A stretch of DNA of 33,268 nucleotides from Adineta steineri (lineage: Eukaryota): assembly GCA_905250115.1 (NCBI GenBank), contig CAJNOI010000629.1, positions 1-33,268 on the forward strand. Reading direction: 5' to 3'. The translations under genes and the position numbers were made by a program. Positions 1 through 9,568 of the stretch are shown here, piece after piece (the first letter of the stretch is position 1; the number at the start of each line of letters is the position of its first letter). Under the pieces are notes generated by a model. The model ran no database searches. It was not told where the DNA came from and was given only the letters and a program-made list of their open reading frames with translations.

Positions 1-1010
1 CTCTTGGAATACGATCTGCACAACCACCTACACCATCATGTCAAGCAGTTGTTTATGTACAACAACCATTTTCACTAGCGTTACTGAGAGTAAGACAATA
101 CAAAATAAAAATGATTTGTTATAATGTTTATCTATAGCTTTTTCGATCGAAATCTTATGTTGTTCTATTTATTGGTTGTGGACTTGCAATTGGATGTTTT
201 AATACACTTTCAACATTAGTTCAACAAATGATGTGTCCATTTGGTTATGATAATGTAACAGTTGGCTTTTGTTTGGGATGGTTTATTGGTGCTGGAAGTT
301 TGGGTTCATTGGTATTTGGCTATTTCGCGGATAAAACAGGGAAATTAGAGGAAATCTCAAAAATATTATATGCTACAAGTTCAATTGCTTATATTCTTCT
401 TGTCTTGGTATAAGAATGTTTTATTAAATAAAATATTTTATTTCATTTTTCTATAGTTTATTATCAATCAAGTATGGAAATATTTTATTTATTTTGCATT
501 TGCTTTTGTTGGTTTTGTATCATTACCATTATCACCTATATCAATGGATTTAAGTCTTGAATGTGTTTATCCAATACCAGAAGCAACTGCAACAGGAATT
601 AGTGTTATGTCCAGGTAAAGAAATAAATTCTTAAGGGTGTGGGTTAAGAATGAAGGGAATACTGACACCCTCGCCCACACCGACCCTCAAAATATTATAC
701 TCGAATTATTTTCAATTATATAATTTTTTCTAGTCAAATTATTGGAATACTAATGGTAGTTATTTTTCCAAAATTTGCTCGTCCGCTTAATGCACATCAA
801 ATGTTAATTGAGACTTGTTCAAAAGATCTGAAAGATGATATAGCAATATTAGATTATTCAAGTAAAAGAAAATATTTATTTAATTTATTTATTTTACTTT
901 TTTTATTTGATTTAGTTCCTCTGTATATAATGGTATTAATTATGGTGTTCGTAACACTTTTTTATTTTTATTTTTTTCAATGTAAATATAAACGACGATG
1001 CCAACACTAA
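1..1010 (+). CDS. SLC49/FLVCR-family MFS transporter, paralog A, 5'-partial (gene continues upstream of window). CDS exons 1..89 (codon frame begins at base 3), 138..407, 457..614, 734..861, 916..1010; stop TAA 1008..1010
   Basis: Spliced translation ...LGIRSAQPPTPSCQAVVYVQQPFSLALLR/LFRSKSYVVLFIGCGLAIGCFNTLSTLVQQMMCPFGYDNVTVGFCLGWFIGAGSLGSLVFGYFADKTGKLEEISKILYATSSIAYILLVL/FIINQVWKYFIYFAFAFVGFVSLPLSPISMDLSLECVYPIPEATATGISVMS/SQIIGILMVVIFPKFARPLNAHQMLIETCSKDLKDDIAILDYS/IPLYIMVLIMVFVTLFYFYFFQCKYKRRCQH* is collinear with the complete paralog at 4657..6631 at about 55% identity. GT donors and polypyrimidine-AG acceptors at every junction; phases close. Family assignment rests on paralog B's N-terminal similarity to FLVCR1 (RRW..L...S.....WI....I.N.......VS..AI.WLS; GQ.IC..AQ.F.L..P...A..WF; VPP..VP). 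Confidence 0.78.
633..688. repeat. ~55-bp GC-rich imperfect hairpin (gggtgtggg ... cccacacc; aagggtgt ... acaccctc) inserted in intron 3 of MFS paralog A
   Basis: Intron 615..733 is 119 nt, against 47-68 nt for other introns in these genes. The extra segment taagggtgtgggttaagaatgaagggaatactgacaccctcgcccacaccgaccctc is ~55% GC inside ~20% GC intron sequence and contains complementary GGGTGTGGG / CCCACACC(G) and AGGGTGT / ACACCCT blocks. The orthologous intron of paralog B (6235..6302) lacks it. Confidence 0.5.
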
Positions 1011-1085
1011 ATTATTTTTTTAAAAAATACTAAAGAGAAATTGTTTTATTTCTGAACATACATAATTTATATATTTTAGTTTTAG

Positions 1086-2301
1086 ATGGATAAATTACCC
1101 TATGAAATTCTCTTTTCAATAGCTATTCAATTTGATTCACCAAAAGATTTAGCTTCATTTTCTCGAGTATCTCGATTATTTTTATCTGTATCACGTGATG
1201 ATCGTATATGGCAACGATTATGCTATCGATTATATAATATTAAACCATCATTAAATGGAATGAAACAAAGTTTTTATGAGTAAGAATAATTCTTTTTCTT
1301 TTTTTATAAAATAAAAATTGAAATATTTTATTACAGTTTATTTACAAAAACTCTTGTACCTTATGGCCGATATCTTGGTTATTGGAAATCAAATGAAAGA
1401 TATTTTGGTGGTCTTACTGATGTTACATTAAATATATTAGATGGAACTATTACAGGAGAAAAATTAAGTGTAATGAATGCTTCAAATAATATAGCTCAAT
1501 ATTATTTTGATGATGAAGATGAAGAAGCGAATGAATCATTTTTAAAACCAGTTTTTATACGATCAAAATTATTTACTATTGATAGTTTATCTCATCAAAT
1601 CTATTGTCATCAATACAATCAGGCTCATCATGAATTATCTTGGATAAAAACTTTTAATAAAAATCAACAATATTTCGGTTTATCACAAGAAGCATTACCC
1701 AGTAATGAACGATCATTATTAATTACACATGATCATGATTTAACGGAAATACCCGGAGAACGAGATATTTATTTTACAAGACATTGTTCCGATGATTCAA
1801 CAATTATTTATCATCCTCTATCAATTCCACAATCAACAACTGATGCGAGTAATCATTCATTATCACGTTTAAATGGTCTTTGGATAGGATCTTATGGTGG
1901 TCATGGTCTTGAATTACTTCATTTAGAATTGTGTCATGATTTTACATGTCCAACAACGGTTGATGGAATGTTAACAGATGCAGAAATTGTTCCAGATGCT
2001 TTAATTGCTAGAAAAATTTCCGGAGATCCGAATGTACCACATGGTAAAATAACTTTTGCTGCTATACATCCTCTTGAAGGTGAATCAGATTCTCCTTTAT
2101 GTTATGAAGGCATTGGACAAAGTAAAAATAATCGATTTATATATATATATTTATTCTAATATTTTTCTTTTAGTTGCACATACAGGTTATGTTAATCCAC
2201 AATTTATCCGTACAAAAGTAACTATATTATCGAATGATATGTTAACCGTCACATGGTATGCTTTACATCATACCTCATTGTTTAAAAGATGTATATTTTG
2301 A
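1086..2301 (+). CDS. FBXO31: F-box only protein 31 (FBXO31) homolog; CDS exons 1086..1279, 1337..2121, 2174..2301 (369 codons, stop TGA 2299..2301)
   Basis: N-terminal F-box (LPYEILFSIAIQFDSPKDLASFSRVSRLFLSVSRDDRIWQRLC). Downstream blocks match remembered human FBXO31: GLWIGSYGGHGLELLHLEL vs FKGTYGSHGLEIVMLSF; KISGDPNVPHGKITFAAIH vs KITGDPNIPAGQQTVEIDL; C-terminal CYEGIGQ/IAHTGYVNPQFIRTKVTILSNDMLTVTWYALHHTSLFKRCIF vs [47 protein letters not shown]. Donors GTAAGA (1280) and GTAAAA (2122); acceptors ttattacAG (1336) and tttcttttAG (2173). Phases 2 and 1 close correctly. Confidence 0.8.
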
Positions 2302-3018
2302 TTTATTCATATTCGTTGTTATATTGTAATTGAAATATTAATAATAAACGAACTAACCATCAGTTAGTTAATTGTAAACTATCTTTTGCTAACGAAATTA
2401 CATTATGAAAGAATGTATTCACTTAAAATTAATATGATCAGACAAACCGCATGAAATAAATATAATTTTGTTTTGTATGCAATATGGCGTTGCGCAGATT
2501 TAATGAAAACACTAATACTTAATAATCTACTAACCCGTAATAACTACCTAATTTATAGATATTTGTGCTTATCATAGTATTGAATCATATTTACTAACGA
2601 AATATAATAAAATAAGCATATATGTCTCTTCAAGATATACATCTATTGAGCAACCGTATTCCATTTCACATCAACAGATATGATCAGTATGGTTAGAATA
2701 AAATTGATATTAGTGAACCATTATGCAACTTGACAGTCAGCAGTTTATTAGAAATTCTTTACTCAGAGAATTCATACTGCAGTTTCTTTTAATTTAATGA
2801 AAATCATTAAATACTTGACTATATATATACTTGAAAGATAATAAAATCAAGATCATTATTTTTAACAGATCAAATTACTTATAAAACATCTGTTCAAAAC
2901 TTTTCAACTGTCAATAGACAACGTTTTATAACAACTTATATTACATTCAATTAGATTTCTATTTTTAAAAAGAAAAAAATTTCAATGACTCATTTATGAG
3001 AGATGTCACTGAACATAC

Positions 3019-3035
3019 ATATATATATATATATA
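3019..3035. repeat. (AT)n dinucleotide microsatellite; a similar (AT)9 run lies at 8083..8100 immediately after the CRIPT stop codon
   Basis: catatatatatatatatatag at 3018..3036; aaatatatatatatatatat at 8081..8100. Other short (AT)n runs occur at 4815..4826, 14836..14850 and 28376..28388. Confidence 0.8.
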
Positions 3036-3097
3036 GTAAAATAATCTTTTCTTTCATTGGTGTATGATAATTTTCATCTGCTGATCCTTTCTTATAA

Positions 3098-4579
3098 TTA
3101 TTTTATAGAAATTTTTTGTAATAATTGTTCAAATGTTGATCGTTCGTCATCCTTCATAGCCAAACAATCATCTAAAACCATATTAATATACCATGATTCA
3201 CATGGTACAGAAAAAATTGGTTTTTCACCATTTAATCGTCGTTTGACAACTTCAGGTGTAGTATTTTCATTCCAAATACGTTCTGCACCATGAGCTATTT
3301 CATAAAGTAAACATCCAAACATGTAAATATCCGATTTCTCTGTATAAATTTTTTTATCTTCAAGAGCTTCTGGTGCATAATGACGTATTGATCCTCTAAC
3401 TGGCATTTTATTCATAGAATTGGTATTAATTGATACACTAAAATCTGATATTTTAACAGTCATATTTGATAGAAGAATATTATCAGTTTTAATATCACGA
3501 TGAAGAATTCCAAGTGAAACAAGATGAACAAAACCTGCTAACATTTGTTTAATAAATTGTAACCATTGTATATTGGGAAAGATTGATTCTATTGTTTGAC
3601 ATGTTGATATACGATTTAATTTAATATATGAAAGAAGATCAATATTACATTTTTCCATAACACAAAATTGATTACCTATTCCAAATATACGAATTACATT
3701 TACATGATACGATGTTTCATTAGTTAATAATGTTAGAATTTTTGATTCATTTTCAAATTGTTTACGTTCACGAATAACTTTAACAGCAACTTCTTCATTT
3801 TTATATTGTTTAGAATAAACTGTTGCACATCGACCTTGACCAATTTCAATTTCTTCATTATTATCAAATTCTGACCAAAGAATGGTTTCATTTACTGAAC
3901 GATAATTAATTCCATGTTGACGATGATAATCAAGTACCGATGGGTGAATATCATTGATTGGCGAATCCAAAAGATTTTGACTTATCTGTTGACGAATATT
4001 AGTACTACTCATATATTTTATACATTGATTATCATGTAGATGAATGATATTATTATGATACGGTTTTATTGTTGATGATTGAAACCATTCATTAAAATCA
4101 AATTCATCGATCGGTCGATTAGTTATACAAATAACAAGTTCTTTTTTAAATGTTGATTTAAATTTTGGTAATGCATCACCACCACAAATCGATATAATTT
4201 CAATTGTAGGATAAGATTTTCGTAGAAAATCACCTAGATGTTGTTTCGATTGTTGTCCACCAGGATTTTTCTCTTGAGATATTTGCCATTCATCAATCAT
4301 AATCCATGATGAATCTTGAACAGCTAAATGACACATTTCAAGACGATTTTGCCATGTTGCATAACACATTGATACTTTTCGTTGAATACATGCATCATGT
4401 GCTGGTGAAATATAACCACCAACAACATGATACTGATTTAATGAATTACAATGTTCTCGTGCTAATTCTAATAAACGAATATGATTATTATGTATTGGAT
4501 TAAAACATCCATTAAGTAATAATACAATATTCGTTTTTGTTGTCGATAAAGGCAAGAGTAGTTTATCAGTCTGAATCAT
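3098..4579 (-). CDS. Intronless ORF encoding an N-terminal nicotinamide/nicotinate mononucleotide adenylyltransferase (NMNAT) domain fused to a C-terminal protein kinase domain. Probable start is the ATG at 4579 (MIQTDK...); an in-frame upstream ATG at 4636 would add 19 aa. The stop codon is included at 3098..3100
   Basis: Continuous 512-codon ORF on the minus strand. NMNAT signatures: IVLLLNGCFNPIHNNHIRLLELAREH ((H/T)xGH-type nucleotidyltransferase motif; human NMNAT1 is [26 protein letters not shown]). Also YHVVGGYISPAHDAC (YTVVKGIISPVGDAY), WIMIDEWQ (WVEVDTWE), ISICGGDALPKF (LLCGADLLESF), ELVICITNRPIDE (GLICVTRAGND), SSTNIRQQISQ (SSTKIRRALRR), IHPSVLDYHRQHGINY (YLVPDLVQEYIEKHNLY). Kinase signatures: Gly-loop IGQGRCATVY, VAVKVI (beta3 Lys), ENESKIL (alphaC Glu), HRDIKTDNILL catalytic loop, DFS (DFG variant), HYAPE, SDIYMFGCLLYEI, C-terminal Arg. 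The start at 4579 is favoured because a tttcatttAG acceptor-like motif lies 5 nt upstream of it. Confidence 0.85.
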   Translation of the reverse strand: MIQTDKLLLPLSTTKTNIVLLLNGCFNPIHNNHIRLLELAREHCNSLNQYHVVGGYISPAHDACIQRKVSMCYATWQNRLEMCHLAVQDSSWIMIDEWQISQEKNPGGQQSKQHLGDFLRKSYPTIEIISICGGDALPKFKSTFKKELVICITNRPIDEFDFNEWFQSSTIKPYHNNIIHLHDNQCIKYMSSTNIRQQISQNLLDSPINDIHPSVLDYHRQHGINYRSVNETILWSEFDNNEEIEIGQGRCATVYSKQYKNEEVAVKVIRERKQFENESKILTLLTNETSYHVNVIRIFGIGNQFCVMEKCNIDLLSYIKLNRISTCQTIESIFPNIQWLQFIKQMLAGFVHLVSLGILHRDIKTDNILLSNMTVKISDFSVSINTNSMNKMPVRGSIRHYAPEALEDKKIYTEKSDIYMFGCLLYEIAHGAERIWNENTTPEVVKRRLNGEKPIFSVPCESWYINMVLDDCLAMKDDERSTFEQLLQKISIK

Positions 4580-4656
4580 AATTTCTAAATGAAATTTATG
4601 AAAGAAAGAAAATATATATATATAATATAATTTCATAGTTATTACGCAATTTCTAG

Positions 4657-6631
4657 ATGTACGGTGCTATTGACGAGCAAATACCTGTATCACCATCGCC
4701 TACAACTGAATTAATACCAGTTGAATTTAAAGTATATAAACGACGATGGCTTTATTTAGTTTGCATATGTTTGGCAAATATGTCAAATTCTATTGTAAGA
4801 ATTTTGTTTTATGTATATATATATAGACGAAAATAATTTTTATTTTAGTTATGGATTAATTTTGCATCAATTGCTAATATAGCAAAAAGTTATTTTGATG
4901 TTTCATATAGCGCGATTAATTGGCTTTCACTTATATTTATGATTATTTGTAGTATTTTTACATTACCATCAACATGGGCTATTGATCGATTTGGTATTCG
5001 ATTTGGAGTAAATTTTTTTTAACAAAATCAACGGAATAAAATTTATTTTTTTTATAGATTTTAACAGGTGTTTGGTTAAATTTAATTGGTGGATGTTTTC
5101 GTATTATTAGTACATGGGTATCAATCAAAGGTCGTTATCCAATTGTTTTTATTGGTAAAGATAAATTTAAATAGTTTCTTGTTTTTATCATGTATATATT
5201 TTAATTAAAATAGGACAAATGATTTGTGCCTTTGCTCAAACATTTACATTATTTTTACCAACAAAATTTGCATTTGTTTGGTTTCCTGACCATCAACGAA
5301 CATTGGCTAATAGTCTCTGTTTTGCCAGTAAGAAAAAAAAATAAAATGAAGATTAAAATTAATTGAAAATTATTTCCTAGCTAATTTTTTGGGTGTATTT
5401 ATTGGAACTGTTGCTCCACCAATTATTGTTCCACATGAAAGTCGAATACCTTTATTAGTTTGTTTAATTTTTTCTTTTAATATTCTATATTTAATAAAAA
5501 ATTTTCATTTAGCTTTATTTAACATTAATACCAGCTATACTTGCAGCTGCTTTATCATTTACTGTTCGATCATCACAACCACCAACACCATCATGTTTAG
5601 CTTCACTTGATGTTAAAATTCCATATAAATCAGTTTTTAAAAAAGTATAAAATTGATTTATTTGATTTATTTGAGAAAAATATTTCGTTTAGCTTTTAAA
5701 ATCAAAATCTTATTTAATTTTATTTGCTACTGTTGGTATTGGTTTATCAAATAATAATACACTTTCAACATTATTACAACAAATCATGTGTCCATTCGGT
5801 TATGATAATATAGCTGTTGGTTTATGTATTGGTTGTTTTATTATTTTTGGCCTTATTGGATGTATTCTTATGGGATATATAGCGGATAAAACGAGGAAAT
5901 TAGAAGAAGTAACAAAAATTTTATATTCAGTTGGAGTTATTTCACTAATGTGTATTGGATTAGTAAGTAGAAAATTAACGAAAAAAAGCAGCCTTATCGA
6001 TTTGATTTATCTGAATAGTTCATTGTAAATGAAGTTAAATCGTATTGGCTTTATCTAATATTTGCTATAGCTGGTTTATCTAATGCACCTGTACTTCCAT
6101 TAAGTTTAGATCTGAGTATTGAAACGTATGTAATTTCTACATATTAATTTTCCATTAGTAATAAATCTATCAATTATTTTTAGAACCCATCCAGTTCCAG
6201 AAGCTACTGTTGCAGGTATATTCATGGTTGCCAGGTAAATAATAATAAAATCTATGGTTTATATTTATCTGAATAAAATTTTTCATGATTTCTTTTTTAT
6301 AGTCAATTAGGAAGTATTCTTGCTATTGTAATTTTACCATATTTTACAATGGCACCTTCTGCTCATCAAATGAGTATACAAAAGTGTGAAGTTCAAGATG
6401 GAAAACTTAATGACATTCGAGATTATTCTAGTATAACTATTCATTCTGTTAAAATATAATTAAAAATTTATTCTTTGTTTAGTTCCTGTATATATTTTAG
6501 CAGTAACATCGGTTGTTCTTGTTATTTGTTTCATTACATTTTTCCATTGTGAATATCGTCGACAAACAAAAGATGAAATTGAACATCATGCAGCAGCAAT
6601 AGTTGTTGACACTAATCCAGAATTAGCATAA
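4657..6631 (+). CDS. SLC49/FLVCR-family MFS transporter, paralog B, complete. CDS exons 4657..4794, 4849..5007, 5058..5154, 5214..5327, 5381..5457, 5513..5644, 5693..5962, 6019..6125, 6184..6234, 6303..6430, 6483..6631 (474 codons, stop TAA 6629..6631)
   Basis: Spliced product begins MYGAIDEQIPVSPSPTTELIPVEFKVYKRRWLYLVCICLANMSNSI/LWINFASIANIAKSYFDVSYSAINWLSLIFMIICSIFTLPSTWAIDRFGIRFG/ILTGVWLNLIGGCFRIISTWVSIKGRYPIVFIG/QMICAFAQTFTLFLPTKFAFVWFPDHQRTLANSLCFAS/NFLGVFIGTVAPPIIVPHESRIPLL... This aligns with the remembered FLVCR1 N-terminal half ([81 protein letters not shown]). All 10 introns are 47-68 bp with GT (or GTATGT/GTAAGT) donors and polypyrimidine-AG acceptors; every phase closes. The C-terminal half is collinear with paralog A at 1..1010. 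Confidence 0.8.
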
Positions 6632-6768
6632 ACAATAAAAAATAGCATGTGCAATTATTGTAAAATACTTTTCGTTTTTCATATTTATTCGAAGCATATA
6701 GATATTGTTTCTTTATTTCAAAAATCTATAAGATTACTTTGTAATTTCTATTTTTTTCTTCTTTATAG

Positions 6769-7423
6769 ATGTCTGTAACATTACATACAGATTTAGGTGA
6801 TATTAAAATTGAACTCTATTGTGACCAATGTCCAAAAGCATGTGAAGTAAATATTTAAATAAACAGAAGAATAGATTGAATTTATTAAAAAATAAATTTA
6901 GAATTTTTTGGCATTATGTGCAAGTAATTATTATGATAATTGTTTATTCCATCGAAATGTTAAAGGTTATATGATTCAAACGGGTGATCCAACTGGATTA
7001 GGTAAAGGTGGTCAAAGTATTTGGGGAGAATATTTTCCAGTAAGATTATTAATACATAACTTATCATTTATTTATTTATTTGTTTATTTAGGATGAAATT
7101 AATGAACATTTAAAAGTAAATTATCAGATCGAATTCCATTCTTTTTCTTTTTAAAGCTAAGAAATATATTTATTTAGCATAGTCAACGTGGAATGGTTTC
7201 AATGGCTAGTCGTGGTGCGAATACAAATGGTTCACAATTCTTTATAACTTATGGAAAACAGACGAATCTTGATGGAAAATATACTGTATTTGGTAAAGTC
7301 ATTGATGGACTTGAAACACTTGATGAATTAGAAAAAATACCTGTGAATGAAAAAACATATCGACCAGAAACAGATGTTCGAATACAACGTGTTACTATTC
7401 ATGCGAATCCATTAGCTGATTAG
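6769..7423 (+). CDS. PPIL3: Peptidyl-prolyl cis-trans isomerase-like 3 (cyclophilin PPIL3); CDS exons 6769..6846, 6902..7039, 7092..7115, 7178..7423 (stop TAG 7421..7423)
   Basis: Spliced protein [161 protein letters not shown] is near-identical in length and sequence to remembered human PPIL3 ([58 protein letters not shown]...[49 protein letters not shown]...). Includes a 24-nt micro-exon at 7092..7115. Donors GTAAAT, GTAAGA and GTAAAT. Confidence 0.9.
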
Positions 7424-7486
7424 AATGAATTATAAATATAGGTTCTCTTTATTCTAGATATTAAAAAGATTATAATATAGATTATT

Positions 7487-8053
7487 ATGGTTTGCGATAA
7501 TTGTAAGTCTTATGAATTTGAAAGAAAACAGTTTTGAAAAATATGATATATTATTTAGGTCAAAAGAAAGTAGGTACTGTTGCGACACAAGATGTTTGGA
7601 AAAGTATGTTTATAAATTGTTTTTCTATATATCTAAATTTATTTTATTAGGTGGTTCTCGTAATACAGTTGGTATGAATTTTCTATATTATTCTTCGATA
7701 TGTTTTATATTAAATTTTAATAGAAAGTGGTGGTAGAAAATTAAATGAAAATAAATTATTAACAGGAAAATCAACACGGTTTGTAATATTTATTGATATA
7801 TATACAATTACATATATCTTATTTAACTATAGATACAGCCCATATACAACAAAATTCAATAAATGTAAGGTTTGTAAAGCTACAGTTCATCAACCAGGAG
7901 GTACTTACTGCCAAGGTTTGTTCTGTAATTCTATTTATTCTATCAATTATTTTTCTTTCTTTTCATTTAGCTTGCTCGTATAAATTAGGTATCTGTGGAA
8001 TGTGTGGTGTAAAAATTTTACAAACAAAAAATTATCGTCAATCGGCTGTTTAG
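7487..8053 (+). CDS. CRIPT: Cysteine-rich PDZ-binding protein (CRIPT); CDS exons 7487..7502, 7559..7603, 7724..7778, 7833..7915, 7971..8053 (93 aa, stop TAG 8051..8053)
   Basis: Spliced product MVCDNC/QKKVGTVATQDVWK/KSGGRKLNENKLLTGKSTR/YSPYTTKFNKCKVCKATVHQPGGTYCQ/ACSYKLGICGMCGVKILQTKNYRQSAV matches remembered human CRIPT (MVCEKCEKKLGTVITPDTWKDG...ESGGRKLNENKALTSKKARFDPYGKNKFSTCRICKSSVHQPGSHYCQGCAYKKGICAMCGKKVLDTKNYKQTSV), including the C-terminal PDZ-binding -SAV/-TSV. Exon 1 is only 16 nt (GTAAGT donor at 7503). All phases close. Confidence 0.85.
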
Positions 8054-8170
8054 AAAATATTTGTTTTCTTTTAAATAAATAAATATATATATATATATAT
8101 CTCATTCTCATTTGATATGTAATATAATTAATTTCTTGTTTGTGTTGTAGAAAATAAATTTTTTTCTAAA

Positions 8171-8823
<653 letters not shown>

Positions 8824-8924
8824 TTAATAAACTGTTTCTTTCTTTTTCTAAATAAAATAAAACATTCGCTTTTTTTTAGTAGTATTGATATTATTAAACA
8901 TTATTTCTTTTTAAGATTTCAGAA

Positions 8925-9354
8925 ATGTCGTTTGAAGAACAGAGTGAAGTGCTTAATTTTCAATCAATGGATAATGAGAGTTTTATTGTACCAAAAATAC
9001 CTAGATTTAATCTTGAAACTTTACATCCAGAAGCACAACGACGTTTAGAAATGCTTGGTTTAATAACTACAAATGAAAATGGAGAAAAACAAGATGCAAC
9101 AGATGAAGAAATCGACGCTGTTTTACATAAAACAGTACCAAATGAAAATCCGGATATTCTAGCTGATAAATATATGATGCAACATGGCATCTATCAATTA
9201 TTTAAAGTAAAATATTAGATAATCATTTCGAATATTCAATTATTATTTTTTATAGAAATTATCAGGAAAAATTGTCCTTACTCGACCTAAAGATCCAATT
9301 CATTTTATGATCGACGAATTAACAAATCGTATGGAAGATAAATCAGAAGTCTAA
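8925..9354 (+). CDS. Small DPY-30-motif protein (DPY30-like; RIIa-type dimerisation/docking fold at the C-terminus); CDS exons 8925..9206, 9256..9354 (127 codons, stop TAA 9352..9354)
   Basis: C-terminus ...DKYMMQHGIYQLFK/KLSGKIVLTRPKDPIHFMIDELTNRMEDKSEV aligns with the remembered Dpy-30 motif of human DPY30 ([46 protein letters not shown]), notably RPxDPIxF. The motif is only completed after splicing out a 49-nt GTAAAA..tttttatAG intron at 9207..9255; unspliced, the ORF stops at 9218. The N-terminal 80 aa were not recognised. Confidence 0.6.
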
Positions 9355-9568
9355 ACTCATGTTTGATTAATCTCACTTTCTTTTTCCGTCCATTTTATTA
9401 TCTTTTTGAATTATCGAATAATATATAATAATCTTAATAAATATTTCGATTTTGATTAATAAAAAAAAAAAAGTTTTAATAGAAATGAAATATTTTATTG
9501 TTGTAATTTAAGAATTACCACAGATATGCATAGTCGAAAAAAAAAGTAGGGTTTTTTTATTATTATTA

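Noticed and set aside
753-1010. Long track ORFs that read through introns: 753..1010 spans the 54-nt intron 862..915 of MFS-A in frame, 23375..23824 runs from SLC35E exon 2 into intron 2, and 6908..7096 and 2056..2301 run across intron/exon boundaries of PPIL3 and FBXO31
   Set aside because: Splicing at consensus GT/AG sites restores collinearity with the paralog or ortholog exactly at the junction (e.g. DYS|IP in both MFS copies), whereas the read-through versions insert unrelated residues. The stop-free 54-nt intron of MFS-A could in principle be a retained-intron isoform adding 18 aa, but there is no evidence for it.
2469-2494. Near-identical 16-mer tatgcaata(t/c)ggcgtt shared between 2470..2487 and 12269..12285
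   Set aside because: For a 33-kb window about ten such 15/16 matches are expected by chance on both strands, and there is no extended similarity beyond the core. Not a repeat family.
3057-3293. Track ORFs nested on the opposite strand or in other frames of confirmed genes: + ORFs at 3057..3293 and 4306..4503 inside the NMNAT-kinase gene; 8960..9190 (-) inside the DPY30-like exon; 10326..10511 and 10997..11227 (+) inside ACE exons; 13813..14019 and 14252..14434 (+) inside Dab exons; 15902..16189 (-) alternative frame inside the GPCR
   Set aside because: Each lies antisense to, or out of frame with, a homology-supported coding exon. They have low-complexity AT-rich codon composition and no recognisable motifs. 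They are the expected chance open frames.
9355-9568. Convergent 3' ends of the DPY30-like gene (+) and the ACE-like gene (-) within 214 bp, with AATAAA-like motifs on both strands
   Set aside because: Ordinary for a compact genome. Overlapping 3' UTRs are possible but cannot be demonstrated without transcript data; not reported as a finding.
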